A DNA stretch of 57,010 nucleotides, the filler included, from Streblomastix strix (lineage: Eukaryota), in NCBI GenBank assembly GCA_008636045.1. It is 2 parts of 2 records of this genome, joined end to end, with 100 filler letters (N's around TTAATTAATTAA, not from the genome) between each part and the next. Parts side by side here need not be neighbours in the genome. Positions count along the whole stretch, not along the records: positions 1 to 28,474 come from SNRW01000123.1; 1 more part is not named here. The stretch is one strand, 5' to 3'. Of the stretch, positions 1 to 13,272 are shown one piece after another. Numbering within the stretch: position 1 is the stretch's first letter; every line of letters begins with the position of its first letter. The translations under genes were made by a program, and so were the position numbers. Below the pieces are notes generated by a model that saw nothing but the letters and a program-made list of their open reading frames with translations, was not told where the DNA came from and searched no databases.

Positions 1-471
1 GCTTTATTTTTCTTAATATAAAAATACTAACTATTTAATTATTATAATAATCGTTTATTTATAAATAAAATTGTGAATTATCACTTTTAGCCATTTTTAG
101 GAAATTTCATATTCCGACTCCATATAATAAAATTTCGCCTAAGGACATTAAAATAATTGATATTAACAAAGATTAAAATTATTAATTATTTTTAATCTTC
201 TTCTTCACAAATAAGCTTTAAAAATACACAAACGTGAATGCAAAATCATTTTGGGAAGCATTTCTATCTTACTAAATGTTAACCAGATACACCGTTAATA
301 TAATTTGCAAATTGTTACATTTTAGTATTTATTTTAAAATAAATAAGAGTTTAATTGTTTCTATCACACTAATTTTCATTTTGCGACAAAAAATAGAATA
401 TCAAACCATAAGCGCTTTTCTTGTACTATTTATTTTAATTTATTATCTAATATTTATTAGATTGTTAATTT

Positions 472-2346
472 ATGAATACATCTGACGAGAACAAGGCCCA
501 GACCAAAATAAAACAAGGAGAGGAATTTGAGAAGCAAAACAAACTGAAAGAAGCTCGTGACAGCATTATAGAAGGGCTTAACATACTAATGAACGTCAGA
601 GCGTGTATATATATTCTAATTTCAAAATAATTATATATTTTTTTGTATATTTTAAATCAGAATCCCAAAACTAAGATTAACATAACAGAATCACACAACT
701 ATTAAAGGAATTAGTAGTTAAGATAGATAAAATAGATGGAAAGATAAAATAGGCAGGCATTAAGATAGATAATGATAAAAAGAAAACTGGTTCAACTGGT
801 AATGCTGATGATGACAAAAAGAAGGATGATTTGGACAAATCTATCCTGAGTGAGAAGCCAAATGTGAAATGGTCAGACATTGCTGGTCTTGATGATGCTA
901 AATAATTCCTCTAAGAGGCTGTGTCACTTCCCAAGAAACATCCTGAACTGTTTGTTGGAGAGCGCAAACCATGGAAAAGTATACTCATGTTTGGAGTATG
1001 TTCACATTGTAGTATTTTTTTGTTGAACGCAAATTGATTCATATTATTCAGCCTCCAGGAACTGGTAAATCTTTTCTAGCAAAAGCAGTAGCCACAGAAG
1101 TTGATGCCAAGTTCTTCACTATTTCATCAGCAGAGATTAATAGTAAATGGGTTGGTGAAGGAGAGAAGTATAATCAAATATATTCATTAACTCATTATTG
1201 TATTATTATTATTCATTTTAACTTAGGAATGTTCGTGAACTCTTTGAGAAAGCAAGGAATTAAGAGCAAGTTTGTGAATACAATTCATACTATATCCATA
1301 TTAATATATTATATTATATAGAGTGTTATATTCATTGATGAGATCGACAGTATCACAGCTAAAAGAGGAGATGAGACTGAGTCAGAATCTGCAAGGTATA
1401 TTTACTTATATTTGTGAGATGTTTGTTTATTATTTATTTCATTTCACATATTAATTATTATTAGGCGAATCAAAACTGAACTGTTCATTCAGATGTAAGG
1501 TTAATAATATTATTCAGATATCTAATTTAAAAGATAAATTTTATTTATTTATTACAATACCTACAATTAATTATATACTACAAAGGTGTTGGTTCTAAGA
1601 ATGACAATATACTTCTTCTTGCTGCTACTAATACACCATGGAACATTGACAGCGCTGCTTTGAGAAGGTAAACTTTATTTTTTGATGAAATTAAATATTA
1701 TCTTCATTCATTTATTTATTTTTATTTCTTAACCAGATTTAATAAACGTGTTTACATTCCACTTCCTGATACATAAACAAGAGAGAAATTATTTAGACTA
1801 AAGTTTGGCAAAGCATAAACAAATCTGAATAATGAAGATTATCATAAACTTGGTGAACTGTCAGAAGGGTATAATTTATTTAATTATTAACCCATAAATA
1901 TTATTTGGTATTCTTTATATTCTAATATTTATATAGTCGTTCAGGATCAGATATAACAAATATAGTACGAGATGCACTTTATCAACCCATTCGCGATGTT
2001 GAGAGAGCCACTCATTTTAAATAAATTTCTGTTCCAGTATAAAATTCATCATCTACTCAAATAGCCTCTCAAACTCCCTAATAAACTGTTAAACTTTGGG
2101 CTGCATCGAATTCAAACGATAAAGATGCTGTTGCAATGACATTGGATCAAATTCCTGCAAATGAAATATATAAGTCTCCTGTAACATTTGTATTCCTTCT
2201 TCATATTATTAGTTATAACAAATTTACTATTATCTTTTGTTCAGGCACATGTACTTGCTTCCTTACAGAAGACGAAGGGCTCAGTTATGCCAGAAGATGT
2301 TAGGCACTGCATCTAGTGGAATGAAGAATATGGTACAACAATCTGA
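472..2346 (+). CDS. VPS4: Vps4-family AAA+ ATPase (ESCRT-III disassembly), about 9 short introns
   Basis: With TAR=Gln: N-terminal MIT-like helices, [45 protein letters not shown] (intron 996-1051), Walker [44 protein letters not shown]-terminal [12 protein letters not shown]. Confidence 0.93.
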
Positions 2347-2752
2347 TGTTTAGATGTGGAGTAGTAAGGTGTTATTTTTTGGGTTTACTAAATAAACATG
2401 AAGATATCAAAAATAATTAATTCCTAAAATTTGCATTTAAAGTTATTTAATTTACTTCAAACATTGGTTTAAAATTAGTAATGGGAAAAAAAATTCGCCT
2501 TTTGAAAAAATGTGTATTTTACCATTGTGGAAAATTTTTCATTTCATAAAAACGTCAAAAAATGCATATCGTAAGCTCAAAAAGGCATAATTTTAGTATA
2601 AAGCCATGATTATTATTAAAAACCATAATTTATTTTTTGTACAATAAATATATAAATTGAGTGTGTTACTAAGAATTACATGTTTCAATTGTGTCAATAG
2701 ACACTAATATAGCTGAAATGATAGGATAAGTCCTGATACATTGTTATGAAAG

Positions 2753-5700
2753 TCAGATTACACTTACATAATGATTTCCATTTACATATGCAATTTCAAC
2801 CCATCTAGTAGATCCAATATCTGTTGTTTCCACTTTTCCAGCCCCTAAATATACTCTTAGATTGATATTAAAATCGCGACAAGTAGGCAAATATATTCGA
2901 GCGTCTGCATAATCTCTTTCTTAACTCTAATTTCTAGCATATTGATCCAAAGTCTCTTCATCAAAATCATCTTCGTATATCAGCCTGTTTTCGATAAGTT
3001 CCTTTACCGCTGCTTGCCGTATTGCTCCATGCATCTTATTTGTTCCATGAAGTTGATTGCTAATTGACATATAGAAGCAGTTCCCATCTCCTCGATTGTT
3101 GAAAAGCACTGTATCGTGACTGACTAACTCTTCTTGCATTTCTTCAAATGAAAGACTTGAAGCAAGTTTTCCAATTTATCCAACATTTGGAGATTTTCTT
3201 GTTATAGAACCGGAGTTTAGTTCATTCTTCACAACTTTATCAGAATTCAGTATGCGTTTCACAGTCGCGCCAAAATTAGATGTATCTCTCCCATCAGAGC
3301 CAATATCTGGTAACTGATTCACAAATGAGACAGAACTAGGTGCGCGCTTCGCAGTTACGCCAGGACGTTATGTTCTTTTCACATTTGCGCCAGAATTAGA
3401 TGTATTTCTTATTGATGGACTTGATTTCGGACTTTATGACTCCGATATTCTGAATCTTTTTCTTTTGTTTTCTTATTTAAACTACTTCTCTTGTTCAAAG
3501 AAATTTATTTCTTCATGAAAATCTTCCTGATTTTCATCATTATTAGTAAAATCTCTATTTATTTTCACTTTTATGCATATTTCATCGTGATTTATCCAAC
3601 CTGGAACTAGAAGAGCAAAACTTGCATCATGTCCTTTCATAATTCGTCCGTTTGTATATATAGGATTATCTTTAACATCTTTTATATATTCACTTATACA
3701 AGCTCTTTCTCGAGACCAAGGGCTAAGACCGGTACATTCAAATGATGATTTTCGATTTGATAAAGTTGTGACTTCCTAATATGCATCAATTGAACATAGA
3801 ATCATCATCATTCTATTTTCATCGGCTATAAATGAAATTTTCCATCATTCTTATATATTTAACTACTTCATCTTATTTTATTTTTCTAAAAATTTCATAT
3901 TTCTAAGCTTTGCTTTGAATTTTCTTCGCCATTATCTATTAATAACTCTATCATTTGGCTGTAAAACATGTGTTAACCCTCCTCGAAAAGTAATACATGT
4001 TATTCCTGCATTTGGAAAGATTTATTATACAGTTTTATTGTTTCTGGTCCAGTGCCAGTCAAGAAAAAGTAGTATCCGTTCTCTATTTTCGTAGTATCCA
4101 GACTTACGAAGGGAAATTACCCAATTTGCAAGTAATTGAGCATACGCAATAATAGTGAAGTCATCCATGTTGCCAATGGGTGAAGTAGTAAAATATGCTA
4201 CCTCATGCTTTTAAATTTCAGATAAAGATGACGGAACCTTAGTTAATGAGCCTATGAAGAAAAATAGCGGAGATTACTCTTTTCCAAGAGATACGGTCAT
4301 CATCATTGAAATTTTATTACCAACTCCAGTAGAAACAGATGGTATTCATTTATTTGATCTTGATTTTGCAAGAACAACATCTGAATCTAAGTTGACTGCT
4401 ACTTCATCACCATTGAGTATTGCTCGGTCGCGGAATTTGCACGAGATTCTCTCAGTAAAAATCAATCTGAACCATGCACTTTTATTGGATGCAATGCCAG
4501 CCATTTATTTATTATCATCAATCTAGCTTTCCTTGCCAAACTTGATATGAGTGAGTCTCATCACAATGATCTTCATTATTTTAATTACAAAAATATAATA
4601 AAAATAATTTTACTAAAAAAATGTTGGAGTTTTTCTCATGCCAATTTTACATCGTTGACAAAAAGTGCAAAAATTATTTTTTTGGTCGTGGAGCACTGCG
4701 TCGGTAATATTATATTACTTGTTTAATTTTATTCAATTAATCAATTTATTTTAAATTGAATTATTATAAAATTTTTCAGTTTTTACTGCAGATGTCCGAA
4801 AAGCAGCGAATTTTTTAAAAAATTACATTTCACCGTTATTTTGAAACAATTTTTTCATTTTTATGAATTATTTACTTGATTATATTTTTTTAATTTTTAA
4901 CTATATAAATGAAAAAGAAAAATTGACACAGTTATTGATAATTTTTACTTTTTATTTTTTTTTTCATGAAATGCGTACACTACTTGAAAGAAAAATAATA
5001 AATAATAATATAATAATATACAAAATAATAATTTTTAGTAAAATATAATAAAATTTAATGAAAAAATTTAGTATGTTTGCCTTAAAAGCAAAATTATGAA
5101 AAAAACTTTATTGCGACGGCACTCACAGTGAAAAATGTTATATTTTTCGACAATTCAATTTAAAATAAATTTATTATTAGAATTAAATTAAATAAGTAAT
5201 ATAATATTATCGGCGCAGTGCTCCACGACCAAAAAAATAATTTTTGCACTTTTTGTCAACGGAGTAAAATTAACATGTGATAAATTCCAACATTTATCAG
5301 TAAATTTATTTTTATTGTTTTTTTGCAATTAAAATAAAGAAGTTCATTGTGATGAGACTCACCCATATTATGAACTTTACAGAACAATGCCACATATGCT
5401 TCAGATGGATGCTTGACTTCTTATGAAAATCTTTTTATCATTGGTAGGAACTAGAGTGAAATCGCGACACCTTTACAATACTCATATAAGACAGATTTTG
5501 CTTCATGTAACATACCTGAAACTTCGATTCTTGAATGGGAGGCATGCTAGGCTTCCATTTGACGGATTTCAGCAGCAATTTTGTTAACTATCACTTTTGG
5601 TAGATAGTATTCATGTCTTCTTCCGTTTCCACCTTTGTAGGGTATGTCCATTAAGTAGCAATAAATCATTGTGTACAAAACTTATATGGTCACGCCAAGG

Positions 5701-5819
5701 TCATTGGAAATGCGTTTTATTTGACCAGGAAACAAAAACGCAGCTTCTGCAACTTTGTCGAACAATGTTGGTTAATTTCTCACTTCGAACATAGTTCTAA
5801 TAGATCTAGATTCTGCCAT
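2753..5819 (-). pseudogene. DDE_1 (pogo/CENP-B-like) transposase fused to a C-terminal OTU cysteine protease
   Basis: ATG at 5819; HTH-like segment PSEAYVALFCKVHN; catalytic motifs LNGDE, ILLFLDWH, LTHVLQPND; SFECTGLSP; OTU RGDGNCFYMSI...YVNGNHYVSV-TGA. One in-frame TGA (~4346), an apparent frame break after QPND, and the MITE insertion at 4549-5364. Confidence 0.85.
4549..5364. mobile_element. Non-autonomous long-TIR element (MITE), 4-bp ATAT TSD, GRG...CCC ends (possibly Sola-like)
   Basis: ~200 bp inverted repeats (gagtgagtctcatcacaatg... / ...cattgtgatgagactcaccc); ATAT at 4545-4548 and 5365-5368; removing it restores the transposase frame (VHN-IKFGKE). Confidence 0.88.
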
Positions 5820-7574
5820 ACTCCTTTGAATAAAATATTAAATAGTTTTGAATCAAAATTCTAATAATAAAAAGCAATATAATTTTTTTTAGTTATGGGT
5901 TTATATTAAAATTATGGCTTTTTGAGCTAACGATATTGAGAAAAACTCAAAATAAAGAATGAATAATATAAATCATAAATTGGTAATAGAAAATGAGGTC
6001 CCCCATTGGGGTTAGATAAATTTATTGTTTCAAAATGATAATGAATGTGTAGATCTAGATAAAAATTTAAGACTAAAAAAAATTTTCTCTAAAACTAATT
6101 GTTTAAAAATATTTAATTTTCAAGATATTTATCAGTTATAGGATAAAACAAAAGAAAATTTAACTTAAATTTTAAAATAAATTATTCAAACAAAAATATC
6201 TCTGAAAAATAAGAAAAAAATTTTGAAATGCACATATTATATATAATCTGTCAATTTTATTTGCATTGATAGCAAATTAAGTGTATTACTTAATAAATTT
6301 GCAAATAATTAAATTTGAAAATTCAGATAAGCTGTTGTGCAATTTTTTATTATTATGTTGAATATTTACATGGTTCTATTTAAATTATGTTAATTAATAA
6401 ATTAAATAAATAAATAATAATATTTTTGCTAAGTATTTTATATTTATTTGAAACTTGGTTGTATATATGTGAGGTGATTTATCTTTTAATTTTCACATTT
6501 AGCATCTCGAGTGTAGATCATTCAAGCTTCTATAACTAAATTCAATATTATATTCTGTAATAAAATAACATATATGCATAAAATATTATACTTATTTAAA
6601 ATATAACCTTAACGCTGCAAAAATTATAACCCAATAAAAATTTTCAACTCTTAAAAATAAAATATTCTTCATTAAAAATTGCTCAATATTCATTTACTTT
6701 ATTAATTTTTCTTATATCAACGATACTAAATACAATTATTATATATGCGTATTAAAATTCATTAAATTCAATTTTCAATTTGTTATAAAAAAAACTTAGT
6801 TTTTTCGATAGTTTTCAATCTAATGTCTATTAAATTTATCATCAAAACATGAAATATACATCATAGATTGCAAAAATAATGCAAAATACACAATTAGAAT
6901 GAAACTGTTAAAATGTTCTAAATATTTATTGGATTGCAGCTTTAATTAAGTAATTTTAAGGTATTAAAAACTAAATAATGCCTGAATCTGGATAAAAAAT
7001 ATGAATTTTTTTAGCGGATCTAATTGTTTAAAAGTTCTCAATTTTCTGGATAATAATTTGAATTTCATGCAAATGAAAGAATAAGTTTAATATTCGACGT
7101 TAATATTATAAGGAGCTAAGTTTGAACAGAAAAATGGGGAAAAAATGCTCGATTTTTAAAAATGCAAATAATTTACTATATTTATGTTTATTCGCTGTAA
7201 ATAGCAATGATAATTGTTGAAATGCATTATAAAAGCGTTTTGAAAATTTGGATCGACAAATATACAATTTTGTTCGCATAAACTAAATTTGTCGATGAAT
7301 AAATGTTATAAATATATAATTTATTAGTAAAATAATAATAATAAATATAGTTGCTAAATAATCAAGGTTTACTTAGAATTTGATTGAATGAATCATGCAA
7401 AAAAAGGCGTTTTATTCGTAAAATTTCTCTAAGTGATTAGAAAGTACCGAGGTTTAAATTATTGACAATTGCTATAATATTAGCTTTAAATATACAGAAT
7501 AATGAAAATAATAATGATTGTTATGCAGATTATTGTTCAGCTTATAATAAAACTACAGGTGGACAAAAAAGACA

Positions 7575-7745
7575 TCTATCTCTGCTTCTATGCTACTTCC
7601 TATCCAAATATATAAAAAGACGCTAAACCATAGCGCCTTTCACCAAAAAAATAAACGATTTTTTTCAGACTCCAGACATATATATATAAGTAGCATAAAT
7701 TCATTCTATGTTAAATATATTTAGAAAAATTGGGTTCATGCTTTC
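7575..7745. repeat. Dispersed repeat fragment, reverse-complement homolog of parts of 26115-26555
   Basis: tagcataaattcattctatgttaaatatatttagaaaaattgggtt matches the reverse complement of 26130-26175; ctatgctacttcct...ataaaaagacgct matches the reverse complement of 26508-26545. Confidence 0.7.
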
Positions 7746-7809
7746 CAGATCCTTCACCCCAGTATGTATTCAACTTTGTTCATAGACATAATATAACATT
7801 TTCTTTATA

Positions 7810-9155
7810 GTAATGTTAAGGAATAAGAAGATTTGAAGCTTCTTTCTCATCAAATATTGATTAATGGTTCCGTTGTGTGTACTATCCAGCAATTTTCACT
7901 GGAATTAGAGCTCGTTCAGTCTTTATCATGAATGAGATAAGTGTGAATTGGGACATAGAATAAAGAACTGCAAAATAAGTGGGTAATAGAAGAGGTTATT
8001 ACTAATATATTCCCTGGAGCTCTAACTCTTGTTCTTCAACCGTTAAATTCAATTGCATTCAAGTAATTTAGGAGTCAGTATAAGAAGCAGTTTTTAAAAT
8101 AAACATGGTAGATGAATAAAAATAAGATTATAGAAAAAAAAATGAAGAAAAGATCGCATGTGCCTCCACTAGAAGCGTTTGAGAAACGATTGGTGAGTGT
8201 ATAAGCTGTCAATGATGCATACTAAATGGATTTTTCTTCTTCTAATAGAATTTCCAGTTTTGAGTGCATTAGCATTAGGCCCAGAGTTCCAGATCGTGCA
8301 TCTGATTGGAACGAAGTTATATAAGATAATGATGATCCTGTTTTCCCGAATGGCAGAAGTTCTGGATTAGGAACAATATCAACAATCATCTTATCTGCAG
8401 TAAAAAGAAAAAGAGATTCATAAACTGATGATGAAATAGAAACCAATTTAAATTAAAGAAATGAAATAAAAAAGAAGAGAAAATACTACGATATCTGCAT
8501 CAAATCTAGCAATAGAATCTACAAAGGATGCCATTTCAACAGCAACAAAATATGCATAACCATCAGCAAAACTTCCACCAATGATTATATCAAAAGAATT
8601 CATTGAATCTTTTAATAAAAGGCCATATAAAAGGAATAGTAGAGAGAAAGCAAAATCAAACATACCAACTGATCTATTCCTACTAACTGAGCAATTGGAG
8701 AAGGATGGGTTCACAATCAGAAATAATTATGGAGCAGGAAATTGCATATTTCAGTATGGAAATTAGTTAAATAAATTTATTTTAAAAATTTGTTTAATTA
8801 TTAATTATTTTATTATAAAAATCATACATTTTATAGTGCTTTAAATGATCAACTTAGTGGAATTTATCATGATGTACACATTTTGTGGGCAATGATCGTC
8901 CAAAATCTTCTTGTGCATGCAGTAGAGTTCAGAGACTTTTTCAATGAGCAAAAATCTTTAGAAGATTATGCTTAGTGGATGTCAATTGAAGATGATTGGG
9001 AGATGGTCGCCTGTTTGGTTCCAAAGCTTAGTTATTCAATACCAGGATTGAGATTTACATTCTAAGTGAACCGCTTTTTCAGAAGGAGACTAGTTCCAGC
9101 GCACAGTTAGGTTTGGATTTATTGGTAATTAACATTATGTCAGCTTAAGTGAATA
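7810..9155 (+). pseudogene. Degraded DDE_1 transposase-OTU fusion
   Basis: FPGALTLVLQPLNSIAFKQFR (DDE_1 C-terminal motif), EAFEKRL, then OTU NNYGAGNCIF...HYVSL with a probable intron at ~8754-8835; frameshifts. Boundaries approximate. Confidence 0.7.
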
Positions 9156-12100
9156 AAAGAAAAAGAGTGAAAATATAGTTATATTAATAAATACGAACAT
9201 TTCATTCATCAGACTTTTCAATAAATATTATTTTGTCTAAAATTTCAAGATCCTCTTTCTTTATTCCATTCTTGCTTGAATTTCGAATCTAATATTATCA
9301 TCCTATTTATTAAAAATATAAAAAAATCCAAATTAATTTGAAATTTTAATTAATTAATCAATAATTTCAGGTTTAAATAAAAATTGAATTTATTTAAGAT
9401 AAGCTTTCATAGCTTTTTATTTTCATCATTATTGTTTGGATCATAACAAAATATCAATTTGAATCATAATTCAGTTATTAAAATAATAATATTAGAATGT
9501 TATACGTATGAAAAGTTAGAATTAAAATTTACAATAATTATGCGAATTTTTATTAAATTATGCCTTTTTTTGTCCGCCTGTATTCGTTAAATCGAATCTA
9601 TGGAAATTATCATCATTCATAACCAAAAATATCTCTTCAATCATTCAACTTCAATAATTTTATATATGAATCTGAATATAATGAAATTTCTTAACAATTA
9701 TTATTAAATTCTTTAAACCTGAATATTTATGCAACAAAATAAAAAAGATCGAAATCTCAATAACTTTCAAATCAGTGTCTATAAAAAAGTTCAAAAACTT
9801 ACGAGTCATAGATAATAGAACATTAATTTATCAAAACCTAAAAAATTACCACCACACATTTTTATTGGTTTTTTCCAAAATTCGACTTTTTTTTTCAATG
9901 CTGTCTCAACCATCCAAAGCCCACCAAACCGATCCATCCAAGAAAAACTAACCGAAATTGTAAAAACTTAAATTAAATTAAAAGTTTTTGTTAAAAATTT
10001 AAATCAAATCAGAAGTATATTGAATATGTTTTAATATAAAAAATAAATATTAGTGTTGATATGAGTAATATGGTTATATAAAAAGTTAATCAATTAGTGT
10101 CCACTGAATGAAACTGAGTAATGAAGGGTGAAAATTTTCATTTTTACCCAAAGATTATACTTTAATATATTTATTTGTTACTTTTGGAGATATTACTAAC
10201 TTTTATAAATTATTACTTTTAATTCATCGATTTTTCTCAACGATTTTTAATATGAATAGTTTATGTAGTGGATTTATGCCCCTACTTCAAATAGCATGGT
10301 TATTTTTTAAAAATCTCCACTCCAACAGTTTATAAGTAAGTGGCTTGAAATTTAAAAAATTTTCTCACTCCAGATTTTGGCCTTTCGTTCAAAAATTATT
10401 ATTACATTGTTCTCCTCTCGCTTATAAACTGAATTTCATGGAATTTGAAAATTTTTTCATGATTTAATGTAAATACGTAAATGCCCAGCTTGCACTAATT
10501 GCTTCTAAAGGTCGGAGACTATCAAAAATTAAATAATTAATTTAATTATCTGTAGTTATTAAATAATGAAATTTTAATAAATCAAATTGGTGATTAAAAC
10601 CAATTTTAAAAAAATTCACGAACAAATCATTCTATGAATTTATATTAATATATTATAATAATTAATGAATATAAATAATTTTTATAATAGTTTTTAGCTG
10701 GTAATTTTGGTGTAAAGTGCCATATCAATCAAATTTTTTAATAAAAATGTCTCCGACTGCTCTTGATGTTCTTGGTGCTCTTTTTTTGTTTAAAAAATGT
10801 CATAACACTCGCATTTTCACTTCTCCGAAAATCCATAACCAACTGCTAATTGGCAAATAAAATTTTTTTCTATCAATTAGCTTAAAAAATTGAGATAAAA
10901 TATTTATTATATAAAGCGTTTTCCTCAAATTTATAATTAATATTCTCTAAATTATTATTCAAGTTAATTATTTTAATTACTTTTATTCCTGTTTTATCTT
11001 TTATTTCAGCTCTTTTTCAATAATTTATTTTGGCCATTTATTGTATTTTATTTTTTACTTGAATTTATCAATTTATTTTATAGCTTCTTAATTCTATTGC
11101 TTTATAAATGAATTTTCAGTTCTTAATCGTATTAGTTCTTCTAAGTCATGATATGAGTTAGTGTAATTAATTTATGGCTTTTTGAGACTTTAGTAGTTCT
11201 TTTATGCGATTATTTAGTTTAATTCTATTGATTTATTGGTCTTTCAACCCTTATATTTTAGATAAATGAATAATCTTCACTTTCATTTGTATCTTCTTAA
11301 ATCTCACTGATTTTTCTTTTTATTATTCATAGTTTAAAAATTCTATCTATTTATCAACCGAATTTTAAACAATTTATTTTAATTGTTTTCTTTTTAGTTT
11401 TTTTTTAAAAAAAATGTCGGAGACTTCTCCACCACCATGAACTTATAATAGTAATATATTTAGTTAAGACAAATATAATTTTTGTTGTAGTTTTTTTACC
11501 TTCCTTATAAACTTTAATTTAATTATTAATTTATGCTTCATATACTTTATTAAATATTCAGTGTTTATTCCGTTTTCTACTAAATTTTTTAATGATGCGA
11601 TAAATCAGATTAAATTCAATGCCTGCAGATTAGATAACAACTTTTTTGATAAAAAATGTTTAAGACTGCGTAACATAATGAATAACAAAATCATCCTGCA
11701 CAAGATGGGATACGAGTCTCCAAGCTTTCCAACTGAAAATTTAATTTAAATAAATATAAAATGTTGATAAAACGACAGCATAAGTAGAACCAGAAAAAGC
11801 TTTCTAATAATTAAAAATGGAATAATCAAAAAGTAATATTTATCATATCTTAATTTAATTGTTTAAAAATTTGAAACTGACCCAATTTGGAGCGCAAATA
11901 CTCATAAATAACACAGTCATGATTTAATCTTCTCATCTGATAATTTTATAAAATTTTGAGCCCTAAATACATAAAATGTTGAAAATGACGTTAAAATGGT
12001 ATTAAAAGAAGCAATAATTTAACCATATACATGCATTTCTAAAAAATAAGAAAAAAACATGATACGAGGATATGATATATTAATAAAAAATATTGATTTT

Positions 12101-12419
12101 TAGATCCTAGACGATGTGCATTATAAGTTAAATAAGAAATTATATTGTATTAACTGTGATTATATTCGGTTGATCGATGCTCCCGAACTAGAAATCACAG
12201 ATAATGATTTTTGATTTGGTTTTATGTTTAAAATTCATGAATTAAAATGGATTTTTAATAAAATTGTGAATTATAACTACTGAGTGGTTACGATTTAAAA
12301 AATTAATAATATGAATTAAAAAGAATTTAAAAAAATTAAAGAGAATATCAAAATTAAGCTAAATAAAAAATTTCTGTATTTTTATTGAAAAATAATGAAA
12401 TTATAAAAAATTTTAAATA

Positions 12420-13270
12420 TTTATGTTAAACTTTCAGAAATTCTACAGGTTATGTAAATATTCGAACAAATCAATTAATTAAAGCAGTAAAAACATTTTA
12501 ATTGGTTATTGTTACTAAAAAATTCGAAAAAACAACAGTGTTAGTAACTAAATTTTATTGACTAATGGAGATACTATTGATAAAGACAAATTAGATTATT
12601 AGCCTTTAGAAGCGGCTATTTTTAAATCAATTACTTATGGAATATACGAGAAATTGGAATGGGACACTTTAATAACACAAAATGGAAAGATAAAAATATT
12701 ACTTTTAATCTCACACTCTGATCCAAATACAGCTTGTGAAGGAGAATATTCTACGTTTTCTATAATTTATATTGATATAAAACCATAATTCACAGGTACT
12801 CTGCAAAATTTGCCTTTAATATGTATATTATTTTCTTAATATAGCGATTTAAAACATTGAACTGGAGACGATTTTGTGGATTGTTTTATTAATCCAGTTG
12901 GTCGTTTGTTCATAAATACTTTAATTTAATATTCATTATCAGACTTTTTTTTGCAATTGAGATATGTGAGTCGTGAGTCATACGCTATTCACAATAATAG
13001 ACTTTTTTACAAAAAAACCGTGAAGGGACTTCGTACAAATACAAAATAATAATTTTAAAATAAATTAAATAAAAAATTTTAACGAAACAATAATTTACTT
13101 TTTAACAAAAAATTTCTAAAGACCATTTTAATAGTTGAATATTAATTGGCATTCAAATTTTGAAACGATTTGGGAAACAGTAATTAAATATACTTATGAA
13201 TGTAATATCTGCCATTGAAAAGAAAATATTTTTGTTGATTTATTATAACGAGCGCCCTTACATCATCCTG
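12420..13270 (+). pseudogene. Relic putative minor capsid protein (deleted)
   Basis: Weak N- and C-terminal similarity to 43974-45455; lies tail-to-tail with the relic MCP, as in the younger element. Confidence 0.4.
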
Positions 13271-13272
13271 TT

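Larger units (their letters stand above)
2567..5935 (-). mobile_element. pogo/Tc1-mariner-like DNA transposon (copy 1) with transposase-OTU fusion, interrupted by a MITE
   Basis: Imperfect inverted ends 2566-~2625 (atatcgtaagctcaaaaaggcataatttt) and ~5880-5936; possible TA TSD; encloses an HTH + DDE_1 + OTU reading frame. Confidence 0.75.
7556..9580 (+). mobile_element. pogo-like DNA transposon (copy 2), internally deleted
   Basis: TIRs CAGGTGGACAAAAAAGACAT / ATGCCTTTTTTTGTCCGCCTG, flanked by TA at 7554-7555 and 9581-9582. Confidence 0.85.

Noticed and set aside
4549..5935. Two head-to-head transposon copies
   Set aside because: The inverted repeat is a single MITE with a TSD inside one transposase gene.
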